From an uncultured Dehalococcoidia bacterium (GTDB lineage Bacteria > Chloroflexota > Dehalococcoidia > Lucifugimonadales > JADFKI01): a stretch of 64,000 nt of DNA. The notes under the pieces were generated by a model. It saw only the letters and a program-made list of their open reading frames with translations. It was not told the DNA's origin and ran no database searches. The position numbers were made by a program, and so were the translations under genes. How positions within the stretch are numbered: the stretch's first letter is position 1; each line of letters starts with the position of its first letter. The stretch is taken from positions 3,039 through 67,038 of the forward strand of contig CAZWDM010000002.1 in assembly GCA_964632415.1 (NCBI GenBank). The letters run 5' to 3'. Of the stretch, positions 8,186 to 16,827 are shown piece after piece.

Positions 8186-8433
8186 ACCTGCCGGTGCCGG
8201 TGCAGGTCGTCGTCACGCTGGACGGAAAACTGGCAAGAATCGTCGAAACGCGCAAAGGCCGTCCTGTTCGGTCGCAGGTGGACCGCGTCATGGAGATATG
8301 GGAGCTGGACGACGAGTGGTGGCGAACGAGACCGATCAAGCGGCGCTACTGCAAACTGCTCACGGACTCCGGGCGTGTCCTGACGGTCTTCAAAGACCTG
8401 ACCAGCGACGAATGGTTCCGTCAAGAATACTGA
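8131..8433 (+). CDS. Small conserved-looking protein between imuB and dnaE2
   Basis: ATG 8131 is preceded by GGAGGTGGAG and overlaps the imuB 3' end in another frame. 100 aa with VMEIWELDDEWWRTRPIKRRYCKLLTDSGRVLTVFKDL. It ends 3 nt before the dnaE2 start. Confidence 0.5.
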   Translation: MVSNTRKTSGVRGSYEPLNLPVPVQVVVTLDGKLARIVETRKGRPVRSQVDRVMEIWELDDEWWRTRPIKRRYCKLLTDSGRVLTVFKDLTSDEWFRQEY

Positions 8434-8436
8434 GCC

Positions 8437-11400
8437 ATGACGCGATACGTCGAACTGCGAGCTATGAGCTGGTACTCCTTCATGGAGGGAGCGTCGTCCA
8501 CCGACGAGATGCTCGCACGCGCACATGAACTCGGCTACGACGCGTTGGCCCTGGTCGACCGCAACAATGTCACCGGCGCTCTAGAGTTCGCGGAAGCCGC
8601 GGACGAGCTGGGGATCAAGCCCATCATCGGCGTCGCCCTGAAGCTCCGCGACGAAGACGGCGATGACGATGAGACTCTGCCCGTCACGTTGCTGGCCGAG
8701 AACCAAGAAGGCTACGCCAACATGTGCAACCTGATATCCTTCGCGCACGTCGGTTCGGGTCGCGTCGATCCTGTGCTTTCTTCTCGCCACTTGCAGAACC
8801 GCACCGACGGTATGATCGCCTTGATCGGAGAACCGGAGAGCCGCATCGCGGATCTCGCCGTCGACGGCGCGATGTCCCATGCCGACGGAATCGTCCAACG
8901 CTTCATCGAATGGTTCGGCGAACAAAACTTGTTCATCGAGCTGCAGCGCCATTGGGTGCACGGCGACTTGGAACGCAACCGCGCGCTCGCCGCACTCGCG
9001 GAGCGCAACGATGTCGGCGTAGTCGCCACCGGCGGAGTCTGCTACCACGAACGGGGACGCAGCCGCCTGCACGACGTCTTGACCGCCATTCGTCACAACC
9101 TCACGCTCGAAACCTCCCATCGCCAGCGCAAGGCCAACTCGCACTACGAGCTGAAATCCCCCGAACGCATGGAGAAGATTTTCCGAGAGTGGCCCGAGGC
9201 GGTCGAGAATTCGCGCCGCATAGCCGACCGTTGCGAGGCTTTCAGCGTCGAACAGATAAACTACCGGTTCCCCCGCGAATCCGTTCCAGACGAGTTTTCA
9301 GATGAGCAGGAGTACCTCGAACACGTCTGCAACGAGGCCGCGAGACGCCGCTACGGACGCATCACCGACAAGGTCCGGGAACGCTTGGACCGCGAGTTCA
9401 GACTCATCGAAAAGCACGGTCTGGCCGGATTCTTCCTGCTCTACAGACGCGTCATCTCGCTGGCGCAAGACGTGGCGGTCGAACTCGGACATTCCTCGGT
9501 CGAGATCCCCATCGAAGAACAACCGCCGGGACGCGGACGAGGGTCGTCCGTCGCCATGCTGGTCGGAACCCTCATCGGGCTCTCCCACATCGACCCCCTC
9601 GAATACGACCTTCCGCTGGAACGCTTCATCTCCGACGACGAGCTGGTGAACGCGCCGGACATCGACCTGGACTTCCCGCGCGACATCCGCGAAGCGCTGA
9701 TACTCCGCGTCTTCGAAGAGTTCGGCTGGGACCACGCGGCCCTGACCGCGATGCTCCCCACCTACAGGCTGAAAGGCGCGGTGCGCGACGTCGGCAAGGT
9801 TCTCGGGCTCCCTCCCCTCGAACTCGACATGCTGGCCAAAAGAGCGGAATCGCGCGACGCCGCCGATCTCGCCTCCGAGATGGAACGCATACCAGAGCTT
9901 GAAGACAAGATCAATCTGCCGGGATGGCGCGACCTCGTCAAGATCGGAGCGCAGCTGCAAGGCTTTCCCAAAGGACTGGCTCAACATCCCGGAGGCATGA
10001 TCATAAGTTCGACGCCGCTCATCGACATCACGCCGGTCCAGCCCAGCGCAAAAGAGGGACGATACATCTGCCAGTGGGACAAGCACGGAGCCGACAGCGC
10101 CGGATTCCTCAAAATCGACTTCCTGTCTCTGGGCGCTCTGTCGCAGATGCAGGAATGCCTGCAACTCATCGAGAAGCGCACCGGATCGCGCATCGATCTC
10201 ACCCGCATCGACTTGGACGACGAAGCGGTCTACGACGATCTTTGTCGCGGAGACACGGTCGGTGTGTTCCAAGTCGAGTCCGCGGCGCAGATGCAGACCA
10301 TCACACGCCTGCAGCCGCGCAACCTCTACGACTTGGCGCTGGAAGTCGCGGCTGTGCGTCCTGGCGTTGGCGCCAACGGCGGCGTGTCGGAATTCATCCG
10401 CAGACGCAACGGCAAAGATTGGGAATACGATCATCCGCTCGAAAAGCGCGCGCTCGAAAAGTCCCTTGGCATCATCCTGTTCCAAGACCAGGTGGTGACT
10501 CTGGGCATCGACGTCGGCGGCATGACCGCGTCGGAATCCGACCAGATGAGGCGCGCCTTCCAGCGCCGCAACAACGAAGCCCTGATTAGGCGCTACTGGG
10601 ATCGTTTCCGCGACGGCGCGGCCGAACGCGGGGTGCCGGAGAACATCGCCGACAAGATCTTCCTCAAGTTCAATCCCCACTACATGTTCCCGGAGGGTCA
10701 CGCGCTCGCGTTCGGCGTAACCGCCTACCACATGGCATGGCTTCGACTTCACTATCCCACCGAGTTCTACACCGCGATCTTTAACGCGCAGCCCATGGGA
10801 TTCTGGCCGCCGGAGACGCTGAAGCAGGACGCGAAGCGTAGAGGCGTCGCCATATTCAACCCGGACGTGAATCTCAGCCAGGACAAATGCACCCCTCTGG
10901 GAGAAAACGCCTTCAGACTCGGCCTGACATCCGTGCGTGGCATCAACGAACAATCCGCGAGAACCATCATCAAAAACCGCGATTGGAACGGGCTGTACGA
11001 GTCGTTCTCTGATCTCGTTTCGCGCTCAGGCATGGAGCGCAAGGCGCTCCAAAACCTCGTCAAAGCAGGAGCATGCGACGATTTGCAGGGAATCGACGAA
11101 AGAAGATTCGCTCTGTGGGAAGTCGGTCTCCGCTACCAGCCCAGCGGTTCGCAGGGACGGCTCCAACTCGATGTCATCCAAGACATGGCTGCTCTCAAAC
11201 CCGCTGGTCCAATCGACCTCATGACGTACGAATACGAAACCCTGGGCCTGTGGACGAAGGGACACATCATGTCTACCATGCGCGACATGCTGGCCGAACA
11301 CCACATCTTGAGCAGCAAGCAGCTGGACGACAAATCGGATGGAGAGCGCGTAGCCGTAGCCGGCAAGGTGCTCAGACGCCAGCAGCCTCTCGGCAGGATG

Positions 11401-11625
11401 GTCTTCATGACTCTCGAAGACGAGTTCGACATGATACCCCTCGCTGTACCACCCGCAACTTGGAAGAAACACCGCGACGCTCTGCTGATGCCCATCATCA
11501 TCGCCGAGGGCGAAGTATCACGCAAAGACGGCACCATGAACATCACGGTCCACCGAGCATCGCCGCTCATACCTCCCTATGCCTCACGCGCCGAAATACC
11601 AGACATCAGCCACAACTTCAGGTGA
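8437..11625 (+). CDS. dnaE2: Error-prone DNA polymerase III alpha subunit DnaE2
   Basis: 1062 aa. N-terminal PHP domain (YVELRAMSWYSFMEGASS), a polIII alpha core (GFLKIDFLSLGALS, VFQVESAAQM), and the typical position after imuB. Confidence 0.95.
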   Translation: MTRYVELRAMSWYSFMEGASSTDEMLARAHELGYDALALVDRNNVTGALEFAEAADELGIKPIIGVALKLRDEDGDDDETLPVTLLAENQEGYANMCNLISFAHVGSGRVDPVLSSRHLQNRTDGMIALIGEPESRIADLAVDGAMSHADGIVQRFIEWFGEQNLFIELQRHWVHGDLERNRALAALAERNDVGVVATGGVCYHERGRSRLHDVLTAIRHNLTLETSHRQRKANSHYELKSPERMEKIFREWPEAVENSRRIADRCEAFSVEQINYRFPRESVPDEFSDEQEYLEHVCNEAARRRYGRITDKVRERLDREFRLIEKHGLAGFFLLYRRVISLAQDVAVELGHSSVEIPIEEQPPGRGRGSSVAMLVGTLIGLSHIDPLEYDLPLERFISDDELVNAPDIDLDFPRDIREALILRVFEEFGWDHAALTAMLPTYRLKGAVRDVGKVLGLPPLELDMLAKRAESRDAADLASEMERIPELEDKINLPGWRDLVKIGAQLQGFPKGLAQHPGGMIISSTPLIDITPVQPSAKEGRYICQWDKHGADSAGFLKIDFLSLGALSQMQECLQLIEKRTGSRIDLTRIDLDDEAVYDDLCRGDTVGVFQVESAAQMQTITRLQPRNLYDLALEVAAVRPGVGANGGVSEFIRRRNGKDWEYDHPLEKRALEKSLGIILFQDQVVTLGIDVGGMTASESDQMRRAFQRRNNEALIRRYWDRFRDGAAERGVPENIADKIFLKFNPHYMFPEGHALAFGVTAYHMAWLRLHYPTEFYTAIFNAQPMGFWPPETLKQDAKRRGVAIFNPDVNLSQDKCTPLGENAFRLGLTSVRGINEQSARTIIKNRDWNGLYESFSDLVSRSGMERKALQNLVKAGACDDLQGIDERRFALWEVGLRYQPSGSQGRLQLDVIQDMAALKPAGPIDLMTYEYETLGLWTKGHIMSTMRDMLAEHHILSSKQLDDKSDGERVAVAGKVLRRQQPLGRMVFMTLEDEFDMIPLAVPPATWKKHRDALLMPIIIAEGEVSRKDGTMNITVHRASPLIPPYASRAEIPDISHNFR

Positions 11626-11764
11626 CTCGGCATATTCGAATCAGATCCTGATCTGAGACACGTGAGAATCATTCGACGCATACGGATGGTTGGTTCATAT
11701 AGACGGAAACGCGTCAACCTGCACGCTGAACCATTGGCAGAACGCGCAACGAGTGAACCTGTGG

Positions 11765-13315
11765 TTATGCCGGACCACGAACAACTCGTCCAGCACGGTC
11801 GAAAGGAGGGTTTGACAACGGCCTGTAGACGTCGATGATTTCATCATCGAACTCGTGCCGTTCCAACAGCGCGTCGATCGCGACTTGGGCGATCAGCGCC
11901 GCGCACGCAGCCACCGAAGCAGGGGGCGCGTTGTTCGCCGGTGCTGAACATCCGAGATGAGGTTCTGCAAACTCCTCAGCATCGTTTCCGGCTGGAATGA
12001 GAGGATAACGATCCGAATGTTCGCGCTGGTTGATCGGCACGTCCGACGACAAGTCTTGACGTTGGACGCGAGCAATGGATCCGCCTCGATAGAGCGCTCC
12101 GGAGACATACGGGAACTTCGAATGAACCGCCAGTTGCGAGATGGAGTAAACCAGAGCTTCGTTGCCTGTTGTGTCGACGACGATGTCTGAGTCAGCGATG
12201 GGCTGGAGAATCTCATCTGGAGTGCGGCACAGCATAGCGGAGGCTTTGACAAGACACCATGGCGCGTGATTTGCGACCTCGGACTTGACCGCTTCCGCCT
12301 TGAGGGCGCCCACCTGATCGTGACCGGCTACGTGCCTCACGACGTTTTCAGGCAGCAAGACGTCTGGGTCGACGATGTGGAGGGACCCGACACCGCTCTC
12401 CGCGAGCAAAGTCGAAGTGTGCCCGCCCAAAGCGCCCGCACCGAAAACGACCGCCTTGGATCGGCGAAGCGCGCGGGCGTCCGGTCCAGCACGCATGATG
12501 AGGCTTTTTTCGTCTTTCGGTCCCGGTTGCAAAGCGACCGCCTCCATTCCGTTGGGTGTGTCCTGAAACGCCAAGACGAGAAGGTGTGTTCGGTTGCGAC
12601 GCTGCCAGCCGAAGAGCACAAGGTCCAAACCGCCGCTCGGCGCCAGTGAACCAGTCGATTTTCGTTTGGACTGCTCGCGTTTCAGCGTTCTGCGTGAAGG
12701 TCTGGGCAAAAGATTCTCGACTTCGGCTAGGTTGCGCGGCGGTGTTCTGCTGAGACTACCCACGTGGAACCACATTCCTCGGAGCTGATCCGACGACCGT
12801 CTGGTGCCGGCCTCGATGTCCACCCGCTGGCGGTCGAGGGGGATCGAACCGTAGAATTCGCCTCGACCGCCGCTCCGGATCCCGAGCGAATCCAGATCGA
12901 AAGTGGCCACGATCCGGCTTCGCCGCTGGAAGTTCAACAGTGCGTCCTGTGCCAGATCGTCGTTCCTCCATCGGTTGATCGCCTCGTCGCACCATTCTTG
13001 AATCCTCCGGTTCAACCCGTCGAGCGTCGTCCATTCCAGAGAGAAGTCTCCATCTTGCCACAAACAGACGAAACCGTCCGCCGTCGAATGGCTCGTGTCG
13101 AGACCCGGCACCAGCAGCACCGGCGGTTGGAACGGCCAACCGGGCTGGATGACGATGAGCATCGTGTCCGCATCGGTCAACGACTCGAAGGCGGGGTGGA
13201 TCCTGCCGATCCAACGGTGAGGCCGGGAATCAGGTACGAACGTGAACCCGGCCTGCGCCAGTTCGGAGGTGAAGCTCTGGAAGGAATCCAGATCAAAGTG
13301 TTCGCTTTGCGACAC
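11765..13315 (-). CDS. cap2: CBASS Cap2-like E2-E1 fusion protein
   Basis: The N-terminal UBC-like region has a candidate Cys (ADGFVCLWQDGD). The C-terminal ThiF/E1 Rossmann region reads VVFGAGALGGHTSTLLAESGVGSLHIVDPD. It follows the CD-NTase with a 2-nt gap. Confidence 0.85.
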   Translation of the reverse strand: MSQSEHFDLDSFQSFTSELAQAGFTFVPDSRPHRWIGRIHPAFESLTDADTMLIVIQPGWPFQPPVLLVPGLDTSHSTADGFVCLWQDGDFSLEWTTLDGLNRRIQEWCDEAINRWRNDDLAQDALLNFQRRSRIVATFDLDSLGIRSGGRGEFYGSIPLDRQRVDIEAGTRRSSDQLRGMWFHVGSLSRTPPRNLAEVENLLPRPSRRTLKREQSKRKSTGSLAPSGGLDLVLFGWQRRNRTHLLVLAFQDTPNGMEAVALQPGPKDEKSLIMRAGPDARALRRSKAVVFGAGALGGHTSTLLAESGVGSLHIVDPDVLLPENVVRHVAGHDQVGALKAEAVKSEVANHAPWCLVKASAMLCRTPDEILQPIADSDIVVDTTGNEALVYSISQLAVHSKFPYVSGALYRGGSIARVQRQDLSSDVPINQREHSDRYPLIPAGNDAEEFAEPHLGCSAPANNAPPASVAACAALIAQVAIDALLERHEFDDEIIDVYRPLSNPPFDRAGRVVRGPA

Positions 13316-13317
13316 GG

Positions 13318-14415
13318 CTAACCGAATCTTCTAGCCTCGTTGCGACGCGCTGCCGGAACCGCTGCCGTGGAGACACCTTTGCGTGCCAGACCCGAGAATC
13401 TCGTGGTCGAAGCATCGGCGCCCGGGACAGGTGATCTTCCGTCGGAACTGTTTTCGGTGTCGATCCCTTTGCCGAACTTATCGCCAAACAGTTCTCTCCA
13501 CGTTTTTACCGATTTTCCGGTAGACGATTCATCTTTGGCTTTCGCGGCGGTCTGCGCGTGCGAGTGGACTCTGTTCCTGAAATTCGCATACTTGGTCTGG
13601 TCCCAATGACGGTTGAAAGTTTCGGTCGACAGGACCGGGTTCCTGATCTCCGGCATGTCCGGATGCTCCTGGAGGTATTCGTCCATTCGAGTCAAGACGG
13701 TCACCAAGGTGTCCGCAACAGTTCGGACGGCCTCTGTCCCTTCGTCTTCAGGTTCGATGGCGTTACCAGCCAGCGTGGTCAGCAGAATCGACTTGACCGA
13801 GTAATTGTTCTTGTGGTCCCGCAGGAATTTGAGCAGTCTGACGACGCGCCTGAGGTTGCCGTCGGTGATCCGGTTCTTCTCGTTGAACCATTCACGGTAT
13901 CCCGTCCCGTCCGTTTCTTCGAATTCGTTTTCGATCCGATTGCAGACGTGGTGCTGACCATCCTCCGTGACACGCGGCACCACGTCCAGGTGAAAGTCGC
14001 CTGCGTAGTCCACTGTCGCGCAGCGGGTTTTCCGCCTCACTTTGTCGGCGTAGGTGTCGTTGTCCTTGAGCGTGCCGTGAACCTCGTTGACGTAGTCTTT
14101 CGGGTCCCAGTCGTCGTTGGGATTCATCACGATCTGTATGTCGGCGTCGTACTCGTCGTTGTCGTCCACCGGCTTGATCAGCGTTCCCAGGGCGTACGAG
14201 CCTTGGGGCTCCATCTTTTGATAGCCGGTCAGGTTGTCCCCTAGGTACTTGTCAACCGCTCCGACGCTCGTCTTCAAACGCTCGCGTCGGTCTTTGTTCA
14301 GGTTGACCTCTTCTCTGAGGAAGTCTTTGAACTCTTGGATGTTCTTTGTCAATGCTTGCTCCTTGCGAAGTCGTGTAATTTGTTCATCGTCGGTCTGCGA
14401 TGTTTCGGTCTCCAA
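13318..14415 (-). CDS. CD-NTase (cGAS/DncV-like nucleotidyltransferase, SMODS type)
   Basis: QGSYALGT (GS motif), EYDADIQIV (DxD) and GDFHLDVVP (third Asp). The C-terminus ends ...EARRFG. Confidence 0.85.
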   Translation of the reverse strand: METETSQTDDEQITRLRKEQALTKNIQEFKDFLREEVNLNKDRRERLKTSVGAVDKYLGDNLTGYQKMEPQGSYALGTLIKPVDDNDEYDADIQIVMNPNDDWDPKDYVNEVHGTLKDNDTYADKVRRKTRCATVDYAGDFHLDVVPRVTEDGQHHVCNRIENEFEETDGTGYREWFNEKNRITDGNLRRVVRLLKFLRDHKNNYSVKSILLTTLAGNAIEPEDEGTEAVRTVADTLVTVLTRMDEYLQEHPDMPEIRNPVLSTETFNRHWDQTKYANFRNRVHSHAQTAAKAKDESSTGKSVKTWRELFGDKFGKGIDTENSSDGRSPVPGADASTTRFSGLARKGVSTAAVPAARRNEARRFG

Positions 14416-14422
14416 CTGGCAC

Positions 14423-15337
14423 TTATTCCGTCCTTCGGACGCTGTTCATGATGTCCGCGCCATGCAGCGCGAAGTCCCTCATCGCCATCGCTTTGAGGTT
14501 TTCCAGGTGCGTAACATCGTCCAAATCCCAAGCCTCGATCTCGGGGTCCATGCGCAGAAACCGCTCGCCCAGCAGCAGCTTGGCGATGTTGGAAGCAGAT
14601 TGAGATTGCAGGCTCAGGAAGTACGAGACCAGCTTCCGCCGTCCCCATCCGGTCAGCAGTCCCCAAGACCTGTGGCTCGAATACAAGGTCGCGGATCGTC
14701 CCGTGCCTATGGAAAGGACCGAGAGCCGGTCGATGGGAATCCGAAACTTTGAAACCGCCTCGGTTATGGCGATCGCGGACGGATTGTTCGCCCACAGGCC
14801 GCCGTCGGCGAGAGTGAAATCACCGACCGTCACAGGATCGAAGAATGTAGGTGCCGCGCACGACGCGAGAATCGCGTCTGCCAAGGCAACGCCCGCGTCC
14901 CTGACGTAAGGCTCGCCCAAATCCTTCAGGTAGCCGGATTTGAACACATGCACGCTGCCGGTGGTGATGTCCGAACTCGTGATCATCAGCGGCGTCGGGA
15001 CCTCTCCCATCGTAACGTCGCCGACGCACCCCCGGATCACATCACCCAGAGGATTTGTCGGATACTTGCTTCTGACATTCAACCAGCTGAAAGGCCTCCT
15101 GCGGAAGATCAGAGGCGAATCGGTTGTGAACAGTTTCGCCACTTCCGCCAAAGGCACGTCGGCCGCCGCGGCTCCCGCGATGATGGATCCGGTGCTGGTG
15201 CCGGCGATCAGGTCGAAATGTTCTCGCAACGGCGCGTCGCTCTCGCGCTCTATCAACGCGAGAAGCTGCGCCGTGTATATGCCTCTGGCCCCGCCTCCGT
15301 CCAGGCTGAGAATCTTGAATGTCGCTTCTGACTTCAT
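14423..15337 (-). CDS. capV: Patatin-like phospholipase CBASS effector (CapV-like)
   Basis: ILSLDGGGARG oxyanion motif, IAGTSTGS (GxSxG), LADGGLWANNP (DG dyad). Confidence 0.9.
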   Translation of the reverse strand: MKSEATFKILSLDGGGARGIYTAQLLALIERESDAPLREHFDLIAGTSTGSIIAGAAAADVPLAEVAKLFTTDSPLIFRRRPFSWLNVRSKYPTNPLGDVIRGCVGDVTMGEVPTPLMITSSDITTGSVHVFKSGYLKDLGEPYVRDAGVALADAILASCAAPTFFDPVTVGDFTLADGGLWANNPSAIAITEAVSKFRIPIDRLSVLSIGTGRSATLYSSHRSWGLLTGWGRRKLVSYFLSLQSQSASNIAKLLLGERFLRMDPEIEAWDLDDVTHLENLKAMAMRDFALHGADIMNSVRRTE

Positions 15338-15371
15338 GGTCGTTTCGATAACGAATCGTTGTCCGATATGC

Positions 15372-15388
15372 GTTGAAATTCAACTCAA
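15372..15388 (-). promoter_or_regulatory. Candidate CapH operator between capP and capV
   Basis: GTTGAAATTCAACTCAA on the plus strand is the reverse complement of the 17-mer at 16446-16462. It contains the palindrome TTGAA-N-TTCAA and sits in the 74-nt capP-capV spacer. Confidence 0.5.
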
Positions 15389-15411
15389 CATATGACTCTA
15401 TCACAACGAAT

Positions 15412-16056
15412 TTACTCGATGCGCAGCTGACCCTCGTACTCCTCCCTAGACGGATACAATTCGCCGTTCTCGGTGACGTGGAGGAGTCCCAGTCTCTCCA
15501 GCCTCACCGTAAGCGCGGTTATCGTCACTTGGAACTCGTCCCGCAAACGGTACAGGGTCGGCCAATTCGTCAGATCTTTGCCGCGAACCGATTGAAGGAG
15601 CATGGCTGTCGGCATCAGCAGGAACCCCATGAATCGATGGGCTTGGCGTTCGCGGAGACTCTGTCCGGGACCCGATCCTCTGAACAGGCAGTTCGCGCCG
15701 GGGTCCAGATGCGGCAGATGCCGTTGAGTTTGCAGACCCGGGTCGACGTGAAGCTCCCAGTGCCCCGCTTCGTGAGCGAGAACTGTGTGGTAGAGGCCAC
15801 GCGTGTCGGTAATAAGTTCGCGTCGGGATTCGTTGAACACCACCATCTTCGCACTCGGATGCAGAGCCGCCAGGATGGATTGGCCTTCAGGCTCGGGTAC
15901 TGAATCCCACAATATGGAAAGATCGAGAACATCCTCCAAGATACGTTCCACAGGGATCGGGGGGGCGGTGAGCGCGCCGTACCCCGCCTCGTAGCGGCCG
16001 AGCAATCGGCTCGCAGCGCGCTCAAGCGACTTGTCCGTGCGAAACCGCGTCGTCAT
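15412..16056 (-). CDS. capP: ImmA/IrrE-family metallopeptidase (CapP-like CBASS regulator)
   Basis: TVLAHEAGHWELH carries a canonical HEXXH. ATG 16056 overlaps the capH stop (ATGA). The track start at 16095 would overlap capH by 43 nt. Confidence 0.8.
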   Translation of the reverse strand: MTTRFRTDKSLERAASRLLGRYEAGYGALTAPPIPVERILEDVLDLSILWDSVPEPEGQSILAALHPSAKMVVFNESRRELITDTRGLYHTVLAHEAGHWELHVDPGLQTQRHLPHLDPGANCLFRGSGPGQSLRERQAHRFMGFLLMPTAMLLQSVRGKDLTNWPTLYRLRDEFQVTITALTVRLERLGLLHVTENGELYPSREEYEGQLRIE

Positions 16057-16415
16057 CTCGGGTTCGACCGCCTGCCGCGCATGAGCCGGCGCCACTCGTC
16101 GGGAGATCTCACATCGTCCCCGATGGATCTCAAAAACCGGACCGCGTCGGGGTTTCTAGACAACGTCTCCGCGATATCCGAAGGAACCTTCCCGGCCATC
16201 GTTATCAGTTCGTCGGCCAGTTCAGTTTCGTCCCGCCCCAACGCCCTCGCCAACTCGGCAGACATCTTCTTCAAGACCCCTTCGCTCGGAGGTTCGACCC
16301 TCCTGTTCTCGATTTTGCTGAGGTACGTGAAATCGACACCGATGGCCTCGGCCAGTTCGCGTTGGCTCAACCGGGCCTCTTTCCGCAGGGAACGTAGACG
16401 ATCAGAAAATTCCAT
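16053..16415 (-). CDS. capH: XRE-family HTH repressor (CapH-like CBASS regulator)
   Basis: LRSLRKEARLSQRELAEAIGVDFTYLSKIENRRVEP. AGGAG lies 6 nt upstream of the ATG. It is translationally coupled to the metallopeptidase. Confidence 0.8.
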   Translation of the reverse strand: MEFSDRLRSLRKEARLSQRELAEAIGVDFTYLSKIENRRVEPPSEGVLKKMSAELARALGRDETELADELITMAGKVPSDIAETLSRNPDAVRFLRSIGDDVRSPDEWRRLMRGRRSNPR

Positions 16416-16445
16416 GACTGCTCCTGTTTGGCACCTTACTTGAAA

Positions 16446-16462
16446 TTGAGTTGAATTTCAAC
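16446..16462 (+). promoter_or_regulatory. Candidate CapH operator upstream of capH
   Basis: TTGAGTTGAATTTCAAC is identical, in inverted orientation, to 15372-15388. It lies inside the longer inverted repeat TTGAAATT-N6-AATTTCAA (16440-16461) and overlaps a plausible TTGAAA-17-TAAGGT minus-strand promoter. Confidence 0.5.
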
Positions 16463-16786
16463 ATCAACATGAGATTAGCCCGTTGCCGCAGGAGTATGTT
16501 CGAGGACCTGTCGAGGACGATGACGAACGAGATTTTTCGAAGAATCTGCGCAGTCCGGGGTCCTGTTGGCGTTAGGCGCGCTTGGATCCGAAGTGGATTT
16601 CTCGCAGTCTCGCTGGTTTCCGATTCGAACGCGATTTTCGGCGGTTAATCGGCTCTTAACAGCCGTTGTCGCGTCTAATGAGTTTGGGAACCCTGTAAGA
16701 ACCTGCATGGGAACATAACTTCGACGACGAGCCAGTGAACCAAGGCGACTCGATCAGGTCTCGAACCGACAATGATACTTCATATG

Positions 16787-16810
16787 TCAGAATATATAAT
16801 ATATTTCTGA
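16787..16810 (+). promoter_or_regulatory. AT-rich imperfect palindrome and -10 box upstream of abiEi
   Basis: TCAGAATATATAATATATTTCTGA has TCAGAA/TTCTGA arms and includes TATAAT (16795-16800). It lies 18 nt upstream of the abiEi GTG start. Confidence 0.4.
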
Positions 16811-16827
16811 CGAAAAGGAGAATTAAA

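Noticed and set aside
11641-11656. The palindrome TCAGATC-CT-GATCTGA between the convergent dnaE2 and cap2 genes, considered as a bidirectional terminator.
   Set aside because: The stem is short, the loop is only 2 nt, and there is no T-tract on either side. That is too weak to call.
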